A stretch of 32,000 nt of DNA from Candidatus Saccharimonadota bacterium (GCA_001761425.1 CP012986.1:810001-842000); one strand, 5' to 3'; shown: positions 1 through 9,166, numbered from the stretch's first letter. The notes: a model not told the origin generated them from the letters alone. Numbers and translations are program-made.

Positions 1-266
1 TCATCTGCTTTCAGGTTAAAGTCAAGCACCACGAGGATATCCTTCTGCTCCAGCTTCTCTCTATCAGCTTCTTCGAGATGGTAAGCTCTTTCCTCAGGGA
101 TCGTTACGAGATCTGCTTCCCGTCCTCTCTCTTTTTCAAGTATCTTTGAGATGATCACGGCACTTGAAGTCCCGTCCATATCCCAGTGATGGATGATTTC
201 GACTTGGTCTTGCTCCGAAACATTCCGGAGAAAATCTAGTGCAGGGTCTAAGTTTTCCTGTTCCAT
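1..266 (-). CDS. DHH-family phosphoesterase (RecJ/GAN-like), N-terminal part only; the gene runs off the left edge
   Basis: A reverse-strand ATG at 264-266 opens MEQENLDPALDFLRNVSEQDQVEIIHHWDMDGTSSAVIISKILEKERGR... and stays open to position 1. 'HHWDMDGTSSA' matches DHH motif I (H-x-D-x-DG). It is absent from the ORF track because no stop lies in the window. Confidence 0.6.
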   Translation of the reverse strand, partial: MEQENLDPALDFLRNVSEQDQVEIIHHWDMDGTSSAVIISKILEKERGREADLVTIPEERAYHLEEADREKLEQKDILVVLDFNLKAD

Positions 267-324
267 ACATAATCACGGTTCAGCGAATGTTTTTAACCGA
301 CCGGTCTCAAAGAAAAAGACCTGT

Positions 325-3300
325 CTAGGCCTTCGGCTCTGAGAACCGGAAAATGGTTTTGAACTCTCTGAACTCGACCTCGCCTCCGTATTCAAGGTCT
401 TCACCGCTGAAACCAACTGACTCAACGTTCACCCTGCTCTCGATCATATCCGAATACTTCTCCAGGACATCGGACTCGCCTTCAAACGAAAGCCCAACGC
501 TGTCCTCTACTTCAAGGCCTTCATCCTTCCTCTTTTGCTGGATGGCACGGATAACCTCCGCTACAAAGGCCTCTTCCTCGATCTTCTCAGTCATGATCAA
601 GTCAAGGTACAGGTTGCCTCTGGAGAACTCGAGCTGGCTGACTCCTTCCGTTGTCTCCTGCCTGATCTCGACATCATCTTCTGTGACATCGTAGCCGTCG
701 ATCTCGATCTCTCCAAGCTCCTGGAGCTGTTTCACCTGGTCTGTGTCAAGCTCCTCGATCAGATCAGCGACTTTCTCCGCATCACCGCCGAACTTGGGGC
801 CAAGCTCCGGATAACTCGGCTCCGCTACAGGCTTCGAGGCTACTTCACCGTACTCAACGGATTTGACGTTCGCCATATCTTCGATCAACGGTTTAAAGGC
901 CTCAAGCTCATCCTCAAGGCCTTCAGCAGATACAATCAGTCTCTGGGCCGGCCAGCGAAGGTTGTACTCTTCTTTGTCTCTGATCTTGTTCGCTTTCTCG
1001 ACTATTTCTCTGGCTATCTCCATCTTTTCCTCAAGGCCTTCGTCCATCATTTCTTCATCTGGTTCAGGGTATGGTTCCATGTGTACTGATTCTTCCTGGC
1101 CCTGGATATCGTGATAGACCTTTTCCGTTACGAAAGGTGCGAAAGGCGCGAGCAAAAAGTTCACACGCTCGATAACCGAGGCCAGAGTCCATTTCGCTGC
1201 CTCGTCGCCGTTCTTGACTCTTTCACGGACCTTCTTGATATACCAGCGAGAGATATCCTCCAGTATGAAATCCTCGATATCCCTCGTTATCTCATGGAAA
1301 AAGGCCTCATCCATTTTCTCCGGTGCTTCCGCGTTCAGAGAGTTGGCCTTGGAGAGTATCCACCTGTCCTCTACCTCAAGTTTTTCAGGCCTCTCCACTT
1401 CTCCTTCAAGATAGGTATCAAGGAACTCTTTAGTGTTCCAGTACACTGAGAAGAGCCTGTAAATCTCATTTTCTATCTCGTCTTCATCATAGTTCTTCTG
1501 CTCCCACGCAGGCGCAAGACGAAGCTGGTAGAACCTTGGAAGATCCGCACCGAACTTCTCGACCTGTTCAGCCGGATCCACAACGTTTCCAAGCGACTTG
1601 GACATCTTCTCGCCTTCCGCATCAAGAACGTAGCCCTGGAACAGTACTTTCTCGTAAGGAGCCTCGTCGAACCCAAGGATTCCTGTAAACATGAGCGAGT
1701 AGAACCATCCCCGGATCTGATCTGAAGCTTCAGTAATGAAGTCCATCGGCCACATGTCCTCGAACGGTTTTTCTTCAAACGGGTAATGCAGGGAAGCGAA
1801 CGGAGCGATACCCGAGTCAAACCAGACATCGAAGATATCTGGAATTCTTTCATATTCTCCGCCGCAGCCACATTCCCAGGAAATATCATCCACGACGTGT
1901 TTGTGAGGGTCGAACTCTTCTGGTAACTCTCCGATTTTTTCCTCAAGCTGTTCGAAGCTCCCGATTATCTCCTTTTCGCCACACTCATCACAGATCCAGA
2001 TTGGGATCGGGATTCCCCAGTAGTTCTGCCTGGAAATACACCAGTCAGGGCTTTCTGAGACAAAGTTATGGAAACGCTTCTGCGCCGACTCAGGAATCCA
2101 GTCCACTGTTTCGTTTTCCTCCAACATCCTCTGTTTAACCTCTTCATTTTCGATGAACCACTGATCTGCGGCTCTGTAAATCAGTTCTGTTTTACAGCGC
2201 CAGCAGTGAGGATACTCGTGCTTGAATTTCTCGTTGTAGAAAAGAAGGCCTTTCTCATCCAGAAGATCGACTATCTCCGGATCAACGTCTAAAACATTTT
2301 CACCTTCAAGTTCTCCTGCTTCCTCGGTGTAGTATCCTTCGCTGTCGAGCGGTGAGAAAACCGGTAGTCCGAGAGGCCTTGTCTCCTCGTAATCTTCCGG
2401 TCCATGCCCTGTCGCCGCATGGACGAGGCCTGTACCGTCTTCCAGTGTTACAAGCTCTTCGGAGTTGTGGACTCGGTGTACTCCGTTCTCCTCGTCCAGT
2501 TCCTGCTGTCTTGGAATCTCGTCGATAAAAGGAGTCCTGTATTTGAGGCCTTTCAGGTCTGAACCGATCATGGTTCGTTCGATTGTGTAGTCCTCTTCCT
2601 CTAGGCCTTTCTTGGCCATGACTCGCTCTACGAGCTGTTCTGCTATAATTAGTTTTTCTTCTTCGGCTTCTACTACTGCGTACTGGTAGTCTGGGTGTGT
2701 AAAGACTGCCATGTTTGATGGGATGGTCCATGGGGTTGTGGTCCAGATTACAAGTTTTTCCTCCCGGTTTTCCAGCGGGAATTTTGCGAATACTGCGATA
2801 TCCTCGATTTCCTGGTATTCATCCGTTACCTCGTATCCTGAAAGAGAAGTTTGACAGCGAGGACACCAGTGAATCGGCTTCCTACCCTCGTAGAGAAGGT
2901 CCTGTTCATCCGTCTTCTCCAGAAGCCACCAGGCTGTCTCGATGTATTCTTTATCGAAGGTCATGTAAGGATCTTCAAAGTCCTGCCAGATAGCCAGATC
3001 TTCCATGACTGTCTGCCAGTCGTCCTTTGCCGAAGTAGCTCTTTTTTTACATTCTTCGATGAACTTTTTCGCGGAAATCGAGTCTCCAATCTCGTTTTTA
3101 TCCTCGATTCCAAGATGTTCTTCCGTCGCCAACTCATTCGGAAGTCCGTGTGTGTCGAATCCTGCCTGATCGTGTACGTCATAACCTTGCATCTGCTTGA
3201 AGCGGAGCATCACGTCCTTGATAACTTTTCCCTGCATGTGCCCGACGTGCGGAGAACCGTTCAGGTACGGAGGTCCGTCGATAAGGAAGAAAGGCTCGTT

Positions 3301-3396
3301 TCCCTCCGTTGATTCACGTACTTTCTGTTTTATGTTGTTGTCTTTCCAGTGTTGAGAAACTTCTGTTTCCAGTTTTTCTGGACTGTAATCGGTCAT
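325..3396 (-). CDS. ileS: Isoleucine--tRNA ligase
   Basis: 1023 aa. It has a class I HIGH-type motif 'PHVGHMQG', a KMSKS motif 'EKMSKSLGN', and 'DWCISRQNYWGIPIPIW', which is typical of IleRS. The size fits archaeal IleRS. Confidence 0.95.
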   Translation of the reverse strand: MTDYSPEKLETEVSQHWKDNNIKQKVRESTEGNEPFFLIDGPPYLNGSPHVGHMQGKVIKDVMLRFKQMQGYDVHDQAGFDTHGLPNELATEEHLGIEDKNEIGDSISAKKFIEECKKRATSAKDDWQTVMEDLAIWQDFEDPYMTFDKEYIETAWWLLEKTDEQDLLYEGRKPIHWCPRCQTSLSGYEVTDEYQEIEDIAVFAKFPLENREEKLVIWTTTPWTIPSNMAVFTHPDYQYAVVEAEEEKLIIAEQLVERVMAKKGLEEEDYTIERTMIGSDLKGLKYRTPFIDEIPRQQELDEENGVHRVHNSEELVTLEDGTGLVHAATGHGPEDYEETRPLGLPVFSPLDSEGYYTEEAGELEGENVLDVDPEIVDLLDEKGLLFYNEKFKHEYPHCWRCKTELIYRAADQWFIENEEVKQRMLEENETVDWIPESAQKRFHNFVSESPDWCISRQNYWGIPIPIWICDECGEKEIIGSFEQLEEKIGELPEEFDPHKHVVDDISWECGCGGEYERIPDIFDVWFDSGIAPFASLHYPFEEKPFEDMWPMDFITEASDQIRGWFYSLMFTGILGFDEAPYEKVLFQGYVLDAEGEKMSKSLGNVVDPAEQVEKFGADLPRFYQLRLAPAWEQKNYDEDEIENEIYRLFSVYWNTKEFLDTYLEGEVERPEKLEVEDRWILSKANSLNAEAPEKMDEAFFHEITRDIEDFILEDISRWYIKKVRERVKNGDEAAKWTLASVIERVNFLLAPFAPFVTEKVYHDIQGQEESVHMEPYPEPDEEMMDEGLEEKMEIAREIVEKANKIRDKEEYNLRWPAQRLIVSAEGLEDELEAFKPLIEDMANVKSVEYGEVASKPVAEPSYPELGPKFGGDAEKVADLIEELDTDQVKQLQELGEIEIDGYDVTEDDVEIRQETTEGVSQLEFSRGNLYLDLIMTEKIEEEAFVAEVIRAIQQKRKDEGLEVEDSVGLSFEGESDVLEKYSDMIESRVNVESVGFSGEDLEYGGEVEFREFKTIFRFSEPKA

Positions 3397-3473
3397 ATAG
3401 TAGCATCGGACTCTGAAAGTTAAAAGAATTTACTGGAGGGCCTAGAAAGTTCTTTCTCACGAACCGTTAATTC

Positions 3474-3968
3474 CTATATGTTGGTCATAGGTACAGAATA
3501 GATTTCAGAGTCATCATCTGTACTTCTCAGCAACATGTATTCTCCATCTTCCCGATCAACTGTTCCAAGCTGTGTGTATCCAGGTATTACTTCTTCCTGC
3601 TCCTCCTGGCCATCATTCTGGTCTTCACCGTAGTCCTGAGGCTCAACTTCAGGCAGAGCCATTTCCTGATTGCTGAAGCTTCCGTCAAGATAAGCGCCGA
3701 TGACAGCTGCTGCAAGGCCTTTTCCTGCTGTTCCAAGGTTTGCTCCGTACTCTGGGTTCTGGTCTATCTGTTCGTTGGTGGAGTCGAGGAATCCGTATAC
3801 TGCGTCCATACCGTCCCCTTCTCCGTTTTCAAGGCCTTCGACCGCTCCTCCTAGAGAGTTTTTTATATCGTCGCTGTTGTTTTTGGCGAGTTTGTAGCCT
3901 GCGTAAAGGGCTGTTGCTCCGCCTATCCATTTTACTGGTTTGCCGATGGCAGAACTAAGATAGCCCAT
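3474..3968 (-). CDS. Hypothetical acidic protein with Gly/Ala-rich hydrophobic segments
   Basis: 164-aa ORF with an ATG start and the acidic composition typical of this window (DDDSE, QEEQEE). No motif recognised. Confidence 0.6.
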   Translation of the reverse strand: MGYLSSAIGKPVKWIGGATALYAGYKLAKNNSDDIKNSLGGAVEGLENGEGDGMDAVYGFLDSTNEQIDQNPEYGANLGTAGKGLAAAVIGAYLDGSFSNQEMALPEVEPQDYGEDQNDGQEEQEEVIPGYTQLGTVDREDGEYMLLRSTDDDSEIYSVPMTNI

Positions 3969-4021
3969 GTTTACTTCATGGTGACAAAAATACTTAAGTT
4001 TGTGTTTGTTTGATTAGAAGA

Positions 4022-4618
4022 TTATTTCCATTCGAAGCTTTTTCCCTGGTGTTTGGGTTCTATGTTTTCTTCTTTTTCCTTTTCCTGGGTTTCTTCTTCT
4101 GTATCTGTTTGTTCGGTCTGTTCCTGTTCTTCCCTGTATTTCTGGCTTTCTGGGTGTGGTTCGACTGGCTGTCCGAATTCTACATCTACTGAGTCCATCT
4201 GGCCCTGAAGTTCTTCTAGTTTGTCAGCGAGTTCTTCTCTGTGCTGGAATATTGCTCCTGTAGGTGTTCCGGCGTTTTCATCTTCCTCGAACCTGGGGAA
4301 GACTGAGATATATGCGTGGTCAAGCATCTGGCCTCCTGCCTCGTCTATGTTTATCGTCACAGAGGCTCCGTCCGCTCCGAGGCCTTTCTTAGCTTTGACG
4401 ATGACCTCTCTGACAAGGCTCATCGCCTCGTCGTATTCCTGTGGCGTGTAATCCATTATGCTTTCTTTGTGTTCTTTAGGTACGATCTGTGTATGGCCTT
4501 TAGCTCTCGGCTGTACCTCTAGCCAGGCATAGAAGTTTTCTGTTTCGCCTATGATCATCAACTGTTGAGGGTTGTCTATCAACTGGCAGTAGACGCATTG
4601 ATCTCCCTGTGGAGGCAT
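4022..4618 (-). CDS. HIT-family (histidine triad) hydrolase-like protein with an acidic C-terminal tail
   Basis: The N-terminus 'CVYCQLI...FYAWLEVQPRAKGHTQIVPKEH' matches the HIT fold. The triad position reads 'DHAYISVFPRF' instead of H-x-H-x-H-x-x. The C-terminus is about 50 aa rich in E/Q/T. Confidence 0.8.
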   Translation of the reverse strand: MPPQGDQCVYCQLIDNPQQLMIIGETENFYAWLEVQPRAKGHTQIVPKEHKESIMDYTPQEYDEAMSLVREVIVKAKKGLGADGASVTINIDEAGGQMLDHAYISVFPRFEEDENAGTPTGAIFQHREELADKLEELQGQMDSVDVEFGQPVEPHPESQKYREEQEQTEQTDTEEETQEKEKEENIEPKHQGKSFEWK

Positions 4619-4724
4619 GAAAAACGTTTTGAGGCCTCAGGATTTTATAGCTTTTTTCTGATCCACGAAGAAAGATTACTGAGAGGAAAATAGAAGATAG
4701 AAATGTGTTTGGAAAAGCCTTTTT

Positions 4725-5024
4725 TTACATCGGAGGCATGTCGTCTTCTGGAGGTGGTCCTCCGCCGAGGCCTCCATTTTGAGGTTCTCCCATCATGGGA
4801 TCTCCGCCGGGTTCGTCCTGAACCTCTTCCATCAGATCGCGGATCTCCTCGATCAGCTGGTTAAGTTTTCTCTCGGAGTCAGGGTCCTGAAGCTGCTGTT
4901 CTAGCTCGCTGACCTTGGCTTTCAGTTCATGGGCCTTTTTCCCTGTTTCGCCGAAGGTTTCGAGCGTCATTTCCGCAGAGTCAAGGACTGCCTCCGCCTC
5001 CTCTTTCTTCTGACTTATCGACAT
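4725..5024 (-). CDS. Hypothetical coiled-coil protein with a Gly/Pro/Met-rich tail
   Basis: 99 aa. Heptad-like 'KAHELKAKVSELEQQLQD...LNQLIEEIRDLMEEVQ' is followed by 'GGDPMMGEPQNGGLGGGPPPEDDMPPM'. ATG start. Confidence 0.6.
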   Translation of the reverse strand: MSISQKKEEAEAVLDSAEMTLETFGETGKKAHELKAKVSELEQQLQDPDSERKLNQLIEEIRDLMEEVQDEPGGDPMMGEPQNGGLGGGPPPEDDMPPM

Positions 5025-5082
5025 ACAAAGACTTCACCCATCAGAGTATTTATAAACATTATCATTGAGGGATAGGTAACAA

Positions 5083-6213
5083 CTATAGAGTTATCTCTTC
5101 GGAAGAATCCAGGGCCTTCTCCACGAGTTCATCGACGTTTACCGCCTTTCTGAGGTTCTCAAGCCTTTCCTTATCAAGAACTGTGGCCGGGTTTTCAGGG
5201 GAGAGTGATCGACATGCAGAGTTTATCTCCGCTTCTTCGAAAGTACCTATTTTCCTTGCCTCCTCCGAGATCGAGTTTTTATCTCTTGTGAGCAGAGGCC
5301 TCATAACAGGTTTATCGATGCTTGAAGATGTCAGCTCCATGTTAGAGGACGTCTGGGAGGATTTCTGCCCCAGTGATTCTCCAGTGACGAGGCCTTCCAT
5401 GCTTTTTTCCTCCGCGATCTTCTCCGCTACTCTGAACATTATCTCCCTGTGAATTACCATCCTGCCTCTCTCTACTTCCATAAGTTCCCTGTTTATTTTT
5501 TCCATATCGACGATAATGGCTTTCCACTTCTTTGATGGATGGAACTTCTCCAGTTTTTTTGCTGAGGCCTTGAAACGCATCAGGTGATCCTCCGCTGACA
5601 TGGGTTTGTTGTAGAAGTAGATCGGCAGGATATCAGCTCCTCTTGTCATCATCTGGTAGGCAGCTACCGGCGAATCTATGCCTCCGCTTATTAAAGCTCC
5701 GTAAGATCCCTGAGTAGCTGCTGGAAATCCTCCAGGGCCTTCAAGTTTTTCTGTGAATATGTAGGCCTTGTCCTGTCTTATGTCGACGCCGAGCCATGTC
5801 TCAGGCTGGTCTAGGTCTACTTCTGCGTCTTTAACTTGCTGTACGTGTGCTCCTATTTTCTTTGCTATTTCCGGTGTTTTGAGGTCTGTGTTTCCTGTGT
5901 TCGGGTTTACGCCAAAAGTTTTTCCGTACTTGAATTTTTCTGAGGCCTGTTTTATACTTTCTATGTTGGGTTCTGCTTTCTCTGCGGGCGAGACAGTTTT
6001 GACGCCAGGGATTTTTGCCAGGATCTTGGCTGTTTTCTCCGCTTCTTCTGTGTGTGCTACTATTCTTCCCTGTCTCTGTGAAACTTTGTCGTATTTGAGG
6101 CCTTCGTGTTCTATTCTTTCCTCTATTCTCTGTCTGAGGGTCTGTACCATTTTTTTCTGGACGGCGTTGGATTTGGTTCCTATCTCCCCGTATCTTACAA
6201 CTGCGGTGTTCAT
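5083..6213 (-). CDS. thiI: tRNA 4-thiouridine synthase / tRNA sulfurtransferase (THUMP + PP-loop)
   Basis: 'VVRYGEIGTKS' is the ThiI N-terminus and 'ALISGGIDSPVAAY' is the PP-loop (SGGxDS). 376 aa, with no rhodanese domain. Confidence 0.9.
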   Translation of the reverse strand: MNTAVVRYGEIGTKSNAVQKKMVQTLRQRIEERIEHEGLKYDKVSQRQGRIVAHTEEAEKTAKILAKIPGVKTVSPAEKAEPNIESIKQASEKFKYGKTFGVNPNTGNTDLKTPEIAKKIGAHVQQVKDAEVDLDQPETWLGVDIRQDKAYIFTEKLEGPGGFPAATQGSYGALISGGIDSPVAAYQMMTRGADILPIYFYNKPMSAEDHLMRFKASAKKLEKFHPSKKWKAIIVDMEKINRELMEVERGRMVIHREIMFRVAEKIAEEKSMEGLVTGESLGQKSSQTSSNMELTSSSIDKPVMRPLLTRDKNSISEEARKIGTFEEAEINSACRSLSPENPATVLDKERLENLRKAVNVDELVEKALDSSEEITL

Positions 6214-6725
6214 ACCATTCTACCTGGCTCTATCTTCCTGTATTCCTCCGGCATTGTCAGTTCCATGTAGGCCTCTGCTCTTTCCTTTGAGTTGGTTCCT
6301 TGTACGATTGCGAGTCTGTCTCCCTGACGTATCTCTTTTTGTCTGTCAAATTCTTCTCCGTTGAGAAGTACTGTTGTGTTTCCGCAGTAACTGTTTTCCG
6401 GCATCTCTATACAGGTCTGGTTCTCCCTTTCTATAGAGATGTTTACGGTATCAAGGAAGTCTCCCCAGCTGATGCCTTCTGCATGTTTATGAACGATCCT
6501 GCTCCTGTTATTTTCCAGATGGACGTCCCTGTCCTGTAACTGGAAGCGGTCTGCTCTAAGATTCAGAGGCGTTTTGTTCACCTCCATGTAAAACAGTGCG
6601 TGTTCGTGCGTTTCTCCCTCCTGAAGGCCTTTCTCTACTATGTCTGTGTTAAGTGTTATGCCTGCTGTCAGGCCTAGGATTATCGATGTGATTATGACTG
6701 TTACGGTGTATTTCCGCCTGTTCAT
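6210..6725 (-). CDS. Hypothetical membrane-anchored His-rich protein
   Basis: N-terminal TM segment 'YTVTVIITSIILGLTAGITL', with 'HEHALFYMEV' and 'RIVHKHAEG' motifs. Its stop overlaps the thiI start by 4 nt (6210-6213), implying co-transcription and translational coupling. Confidence 0.7.
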   Translation of the reverse strand: MNRRKYTVTVIITSIILGLTAGITLNTDIVEKGLQEGETHEHALFYMEVNKTPLNLRADRFQLQDRDVHLENNRSRIVHKHAEGISWGDFLDTVNISIERENQTCIEMPENSYCGNTTVLLNGEEFDRQKEIRQGDRLAIVQGTNSKERAEAYMELTMPEEYRKIEPGRMV

Positions 6726-6781
6726 GAGTAAGTGTTAGAATAGAAAAGATAAAAATCTGGAAAACGTAGTTTTGAAGAGTT

Positions 6782-7162
6782 CTACTCTGTGATCTCTCCG
6801 AAAGCGAATTTTCTGCCGACTGAAGTGATCTCTACATCGTACTTCTGATCGACTTCTCCGCCTGGAACGAAGACAACGAATCCTTCGACTCTTGCGATGC
6901 CGTCTCCCTTGCTTCCAAGGTCTTCGATCTCAAGTTCTACAACATCTCCCTCTGATACAGGTTTGTCGTAGTCCTCATCATCGCCAGAATCCTCCTGATC
7001 CTGATTTTCCTCTGCTTCTTGGGTTTCTTCCGTAGATTCCCCTTCAACTTCCTGAGCTTCAGTCTCTTCCTCAAAAACTTCTTCCTCTTCAGGCTCGGAT
7101 TCCTCTACTTCCTCGGTTTCGTCAACTTCTTGAACCATATGATCTTCATAATCGTCTGACAT
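6782..7162 (-). CDS. TRAM-domain protein with an acidic N-terminal extension
   Basis: The C-terminus 'VSEGDVVELEIEDLGSKGDGIARVEGFVVFVPGGEVDQKYDVEITSVGRKFAFGE' matches the TRAM OB-fold pattern. The ORF track starts at a GTG (7174). The ATG at 7160-7162 (MSDDYEDH) is more likely. Confidence 0.8.
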   Translation of the reverse strand: MSDDYEDHMVQEVDETEEVEESEPEEEEVFEEETEAQEVEGESTEETQEAEENQDQEDSGDDEDYDKPVSEGDVVELEIEDLGSKGDGIARVEGFVVFVPGGEVDQKYDVEITSVGRKFAFGEITE

Positions 7163-7399
7163 GAAATAATACACCTTCTACAAGTATAACAAAAACTTAG
7201 ATGAGAACTTTAAAAAGAGAGAGGTTACCTCACCGCAACAATACCACAAAGGAAAATTACACACCTGCGTCCCTAGGCCTTCCCGTTCCGATTTTATCCA
7301 ATAACTGGAAATCTCACTCGCCTCTATCTTTTTCGCCAGGTTCTGTAACTTACTGATGTTATCAAAGAGATCCAGAAGTGTACAGCCTTCTATGTAGAA

Positions 7400-7945
7400 C
7401 TATGAGGCCTTTGATTGTGGTCTGTAGCTTAGAAGTGCCAGTGCTATAACGGTCAGGAATAATGTGAGGGACATCCACGGTATTGTAACGAATCCGAACT
7501 CCTGTACCTGTACGGAGCTGCATGAGACTGCTGTGGAACAGGAACCTGTCGATAACTGTGACATCTGTACTATATAATGATAGATTGAGACAGGTAGACC
7601 CAGCACTGCCAGAGAAATCACATAGTCAGCTACATCATCCCTATCCATGAAAAGTGAGACACCGAGAATAACTGGCAGAGGGAAAATCAGTATCCTCTGA
7701 TACCAGCAGAACTCACACGCAGGTATCTCAAGGACTTCAGACATGTAGAGACTTCCAAGCACCGATACAGAAGTAAGTAAAAATGCCAGCTCCTCGAACC
7801 CAGCTGTAAAGAAGTCAAAGGCCTCAGAAATCCTCTTTTCAGCCTCTTCAAAACCTGTTAACCTTTTAAACAGGTATAAAAGGCCTAGAGCCAGTAAAAA
7901 TGCGTTAAGGACCAGTATACCTGCGGCCAGGACTTTTACTATCAT
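7400..7945 (-). CDS. DsbB/BdbC-family disulfide bond formation membrane protein
   Basis: 181 aa with about 4 TM segments. 'CEFCWYQRILIFPLP' matches the BdbC CxxCWYQR signature. A second Cys pair lies in a later loop ('GSCSTAVSCSS'). Confidence 0.75.
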   Translation of the reverse strand: MIVKVLAAGILVLNAFLLALGLLYLFKRLTGFEEAEKRISEAFDFFTAGFEELAFLLTSVSVLGSLYMSEVLEIPACEFCWYQRILIFPLPVILGVSLFMDRDDVADYVISLAVLGLPVSIYHYIVQMSQLSTGSCSTAVSCSSVQVQEFGFVTIPWMSLTLFLTVIALALLSYRPQSKAS

Positions 7946-8066
7946 GGTTGAGTTTTTATTTTTTCCTGTTTTTATATACGCTCTTGAACTAATTTTTCAA
8001 TGTCTACCTGTTTTTCTTTAATTAGCTTTACAAATGGGGCAAGACAATCACTTAACAGGATAATTT

Positions 8067-8432
8067 ATGTCAAGTAAAGAAGAAAAGTTGAACGAGCCAC
8101 TGGACGATCTCGATAGTGTCCAGGGGATCAAAGGAGCAGCAGTGGTACGAAGAGACGGTCTGTTAATAGCTTCCAACCTTGGCCAGGACATTGATGATGA
8201 CCAGGTTGGTGCAATGACGGCTTCTACTGTCGGTTCTGGTGAGACAGCTAGTGAAGCATTGAACATGGGAGACGTGGACGAAGTAAGTATAGAAGCAGCT
8301 AACGGAAAACTTATCGCCACAGGTGCAGGAGACGAAGGAATACTCGCAATACTAACAGAAAGCGACGTCAACATGGGCCTAGTAAAAGTAGAAATGAAAG
8401 ATGCCACAGAAAAAATCAAAAAGGTGCTTTAA
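8067..8432 (+). CDS. Roadblock/LC7 (MglB-like) domain protein
   Basis: 'LDSVQGIKGAAVVRRDGLLIASNL...DEVSIEAANGKLIATGAGDEGILAILTE' is the typical Roadblock/LC7 pattern. The antisense ORF 8048-8419 is a shadow. Confidence 0.85.
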   Translation: MSSKEEKLNEPLDDLDSVQGIKGAAVVRRDGLLIASNLGQDIDDDQVGAMTASTVGSGETASEALNMGDVDEVSIEAANGKLIATGAGDEGILAILTESDVNMGLVKVEMKDATEKIKKVL

Positions 8433-8714
8433 ATGGACTACGAAGAAGTAGCCCGGGAGATAATCGGAAAACAGGAAGATACCATCGGCATGATCGCAAC
8501 AAGAAAAGCCGAACAGGTCGAAAACATCGAGGTAGACGGAGAAGAAATCGTTTTCAAGGAAGAAGCGACTATCGAAGATATCAAGGCCTTGATGGAACAG
8601 TTCAAGAAGATCCAGGGCCAGGGAGCTGTAGGAATCGCAAGAAAAGCAGTTTCAGGCCTTGAAGACGATATCGATATAAATCTACCGGAGGAACTTCAGC
8701 CGGACTCAGAGTAA
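8433..8714 (+). CDS. Hypothetical acidic protein, translationally coupled to the Roadblock gene
   Basis: Its ATG directly abuts the upstream TAA (8430-8432). 93 aa, acidic, no recognised motif. Confidence 0.7.
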   Translation: MDYEEVAREIIGKQEDTIGMIATRKAEQVENIEVDGEEIVFKEEATIEDIKALMEQFKKIQGQGAVGIARKAVSGLEDDIDINLPEELQPDSE

Positions 8715-8730
8715 AAAAGAGAAAAAAGAA

Positions 8731-8737
8731 TTTTTTT
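8731..8737 (+). terminator. Oligo-T tract downstream of the Roadblock operon
   Basis: A T7 run lies 17 nt after the stop at 8712-8714. Archaeal termination commonly uses oligo-T. Confidence 0.45.
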
Positions 8738-8872
8738 CAAGGCCTTCTTAACCGTTTTCGAACTTTCCTCTAACTCAGCTTATCCTCCATCTCCCCAATT
8801 CTTTGAAACAGAAAAATATCCGGGACTCAGGCCTGTTTCGGTGGAGAAAATAAAAACAGGCATATGTAATAT

Positions 8873-8884
8873 ATCTATATAAAG
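8873..8884 (+). promoter_or_regulatory. TATA-box-like element (atctatataaag)
   Basis: A strong TATA-like sequence is centred about 25 nt upstream of the ATG at 8901. This is the geometry expected for a leaderless archaeal mRNA. Confidence 0.4.
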
Positions 8885-8900
8885 CCTGAAGGCAAGCTGG

Positions 8901-9166
8901 ATGTTAACCCTGATGCGTTCCTTCATTAATCTCTAGCTGCTCTTCTAGGAGGTTTTCTGGAAAGTATAGCAGTTTCAGGCCTTTCAGTTCCCCTGTTCCT
9001 GGGCTTCGGTACTTTAACGGGTTCTCTGGCTGTTTTCCTGTATTACAGGCAGAAAGGAGATAGCTGGATGTGTTCGGGGATGCATCTTTTCGCCGCAGCT
9101 TTTGTTCCGGTTCTGGCTCTAAGCTTTGGAGTTTTGACCAAGATAGCAGAGATTTTCGTGAAATAA
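8901..9166 (+). pseudogene. Possible frameshifted small (about 85 aa) multi-TM membrane protein gene
   Basis: ATG 8901 reads MLTLMRSFINL and then hits a stop at 8934. A different frame is open from 8930 to the TAA at 9164-9166. It encodes a clearly hydrophobic sequence (SLAALLGGFLESIAVSGLSVPLFLGFGTLTGSLAVFLYYRQKGDSWMCSGMHLFAAAFVPVLALSFGVLTKIAEIFVK) but has no ATG/GTG/TTG before 9068. Confidence 0.25.

Noticed and set aside
353-3312. Numerous 60-184-aa ORFs on the plus strand and in alternative minus frames inside ileS (for example 353-694, 535-1089, 1473-1946, 2306-2731, 2851-3312).
   Set aside because: They are shadow ORFs of a well-supported 1023-aa gene. Their Ser/Leu/Arg-rich, non-acidic composition is unlike every credible protein here. 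The same reasoning applies to antisense or alternative-frame ORFs inside thiI, ncsA, the TasA-like gene, the PHP gene, the m5C methyltransferase, and others.
7178-7402. The TAG stop of the DsbB-like gene is followed by 73 further in-frame sense codons, which could suggest stop-codon read-through or recoding.
   Set aside because: TAG is used as a normal stop by other well-supported genes here, for example ileS at 325-327 and 3474-3476. The distal half of the extension is not protein-like. An open frame of this length has a chance of roughly 1-2% and is probably coincidental.
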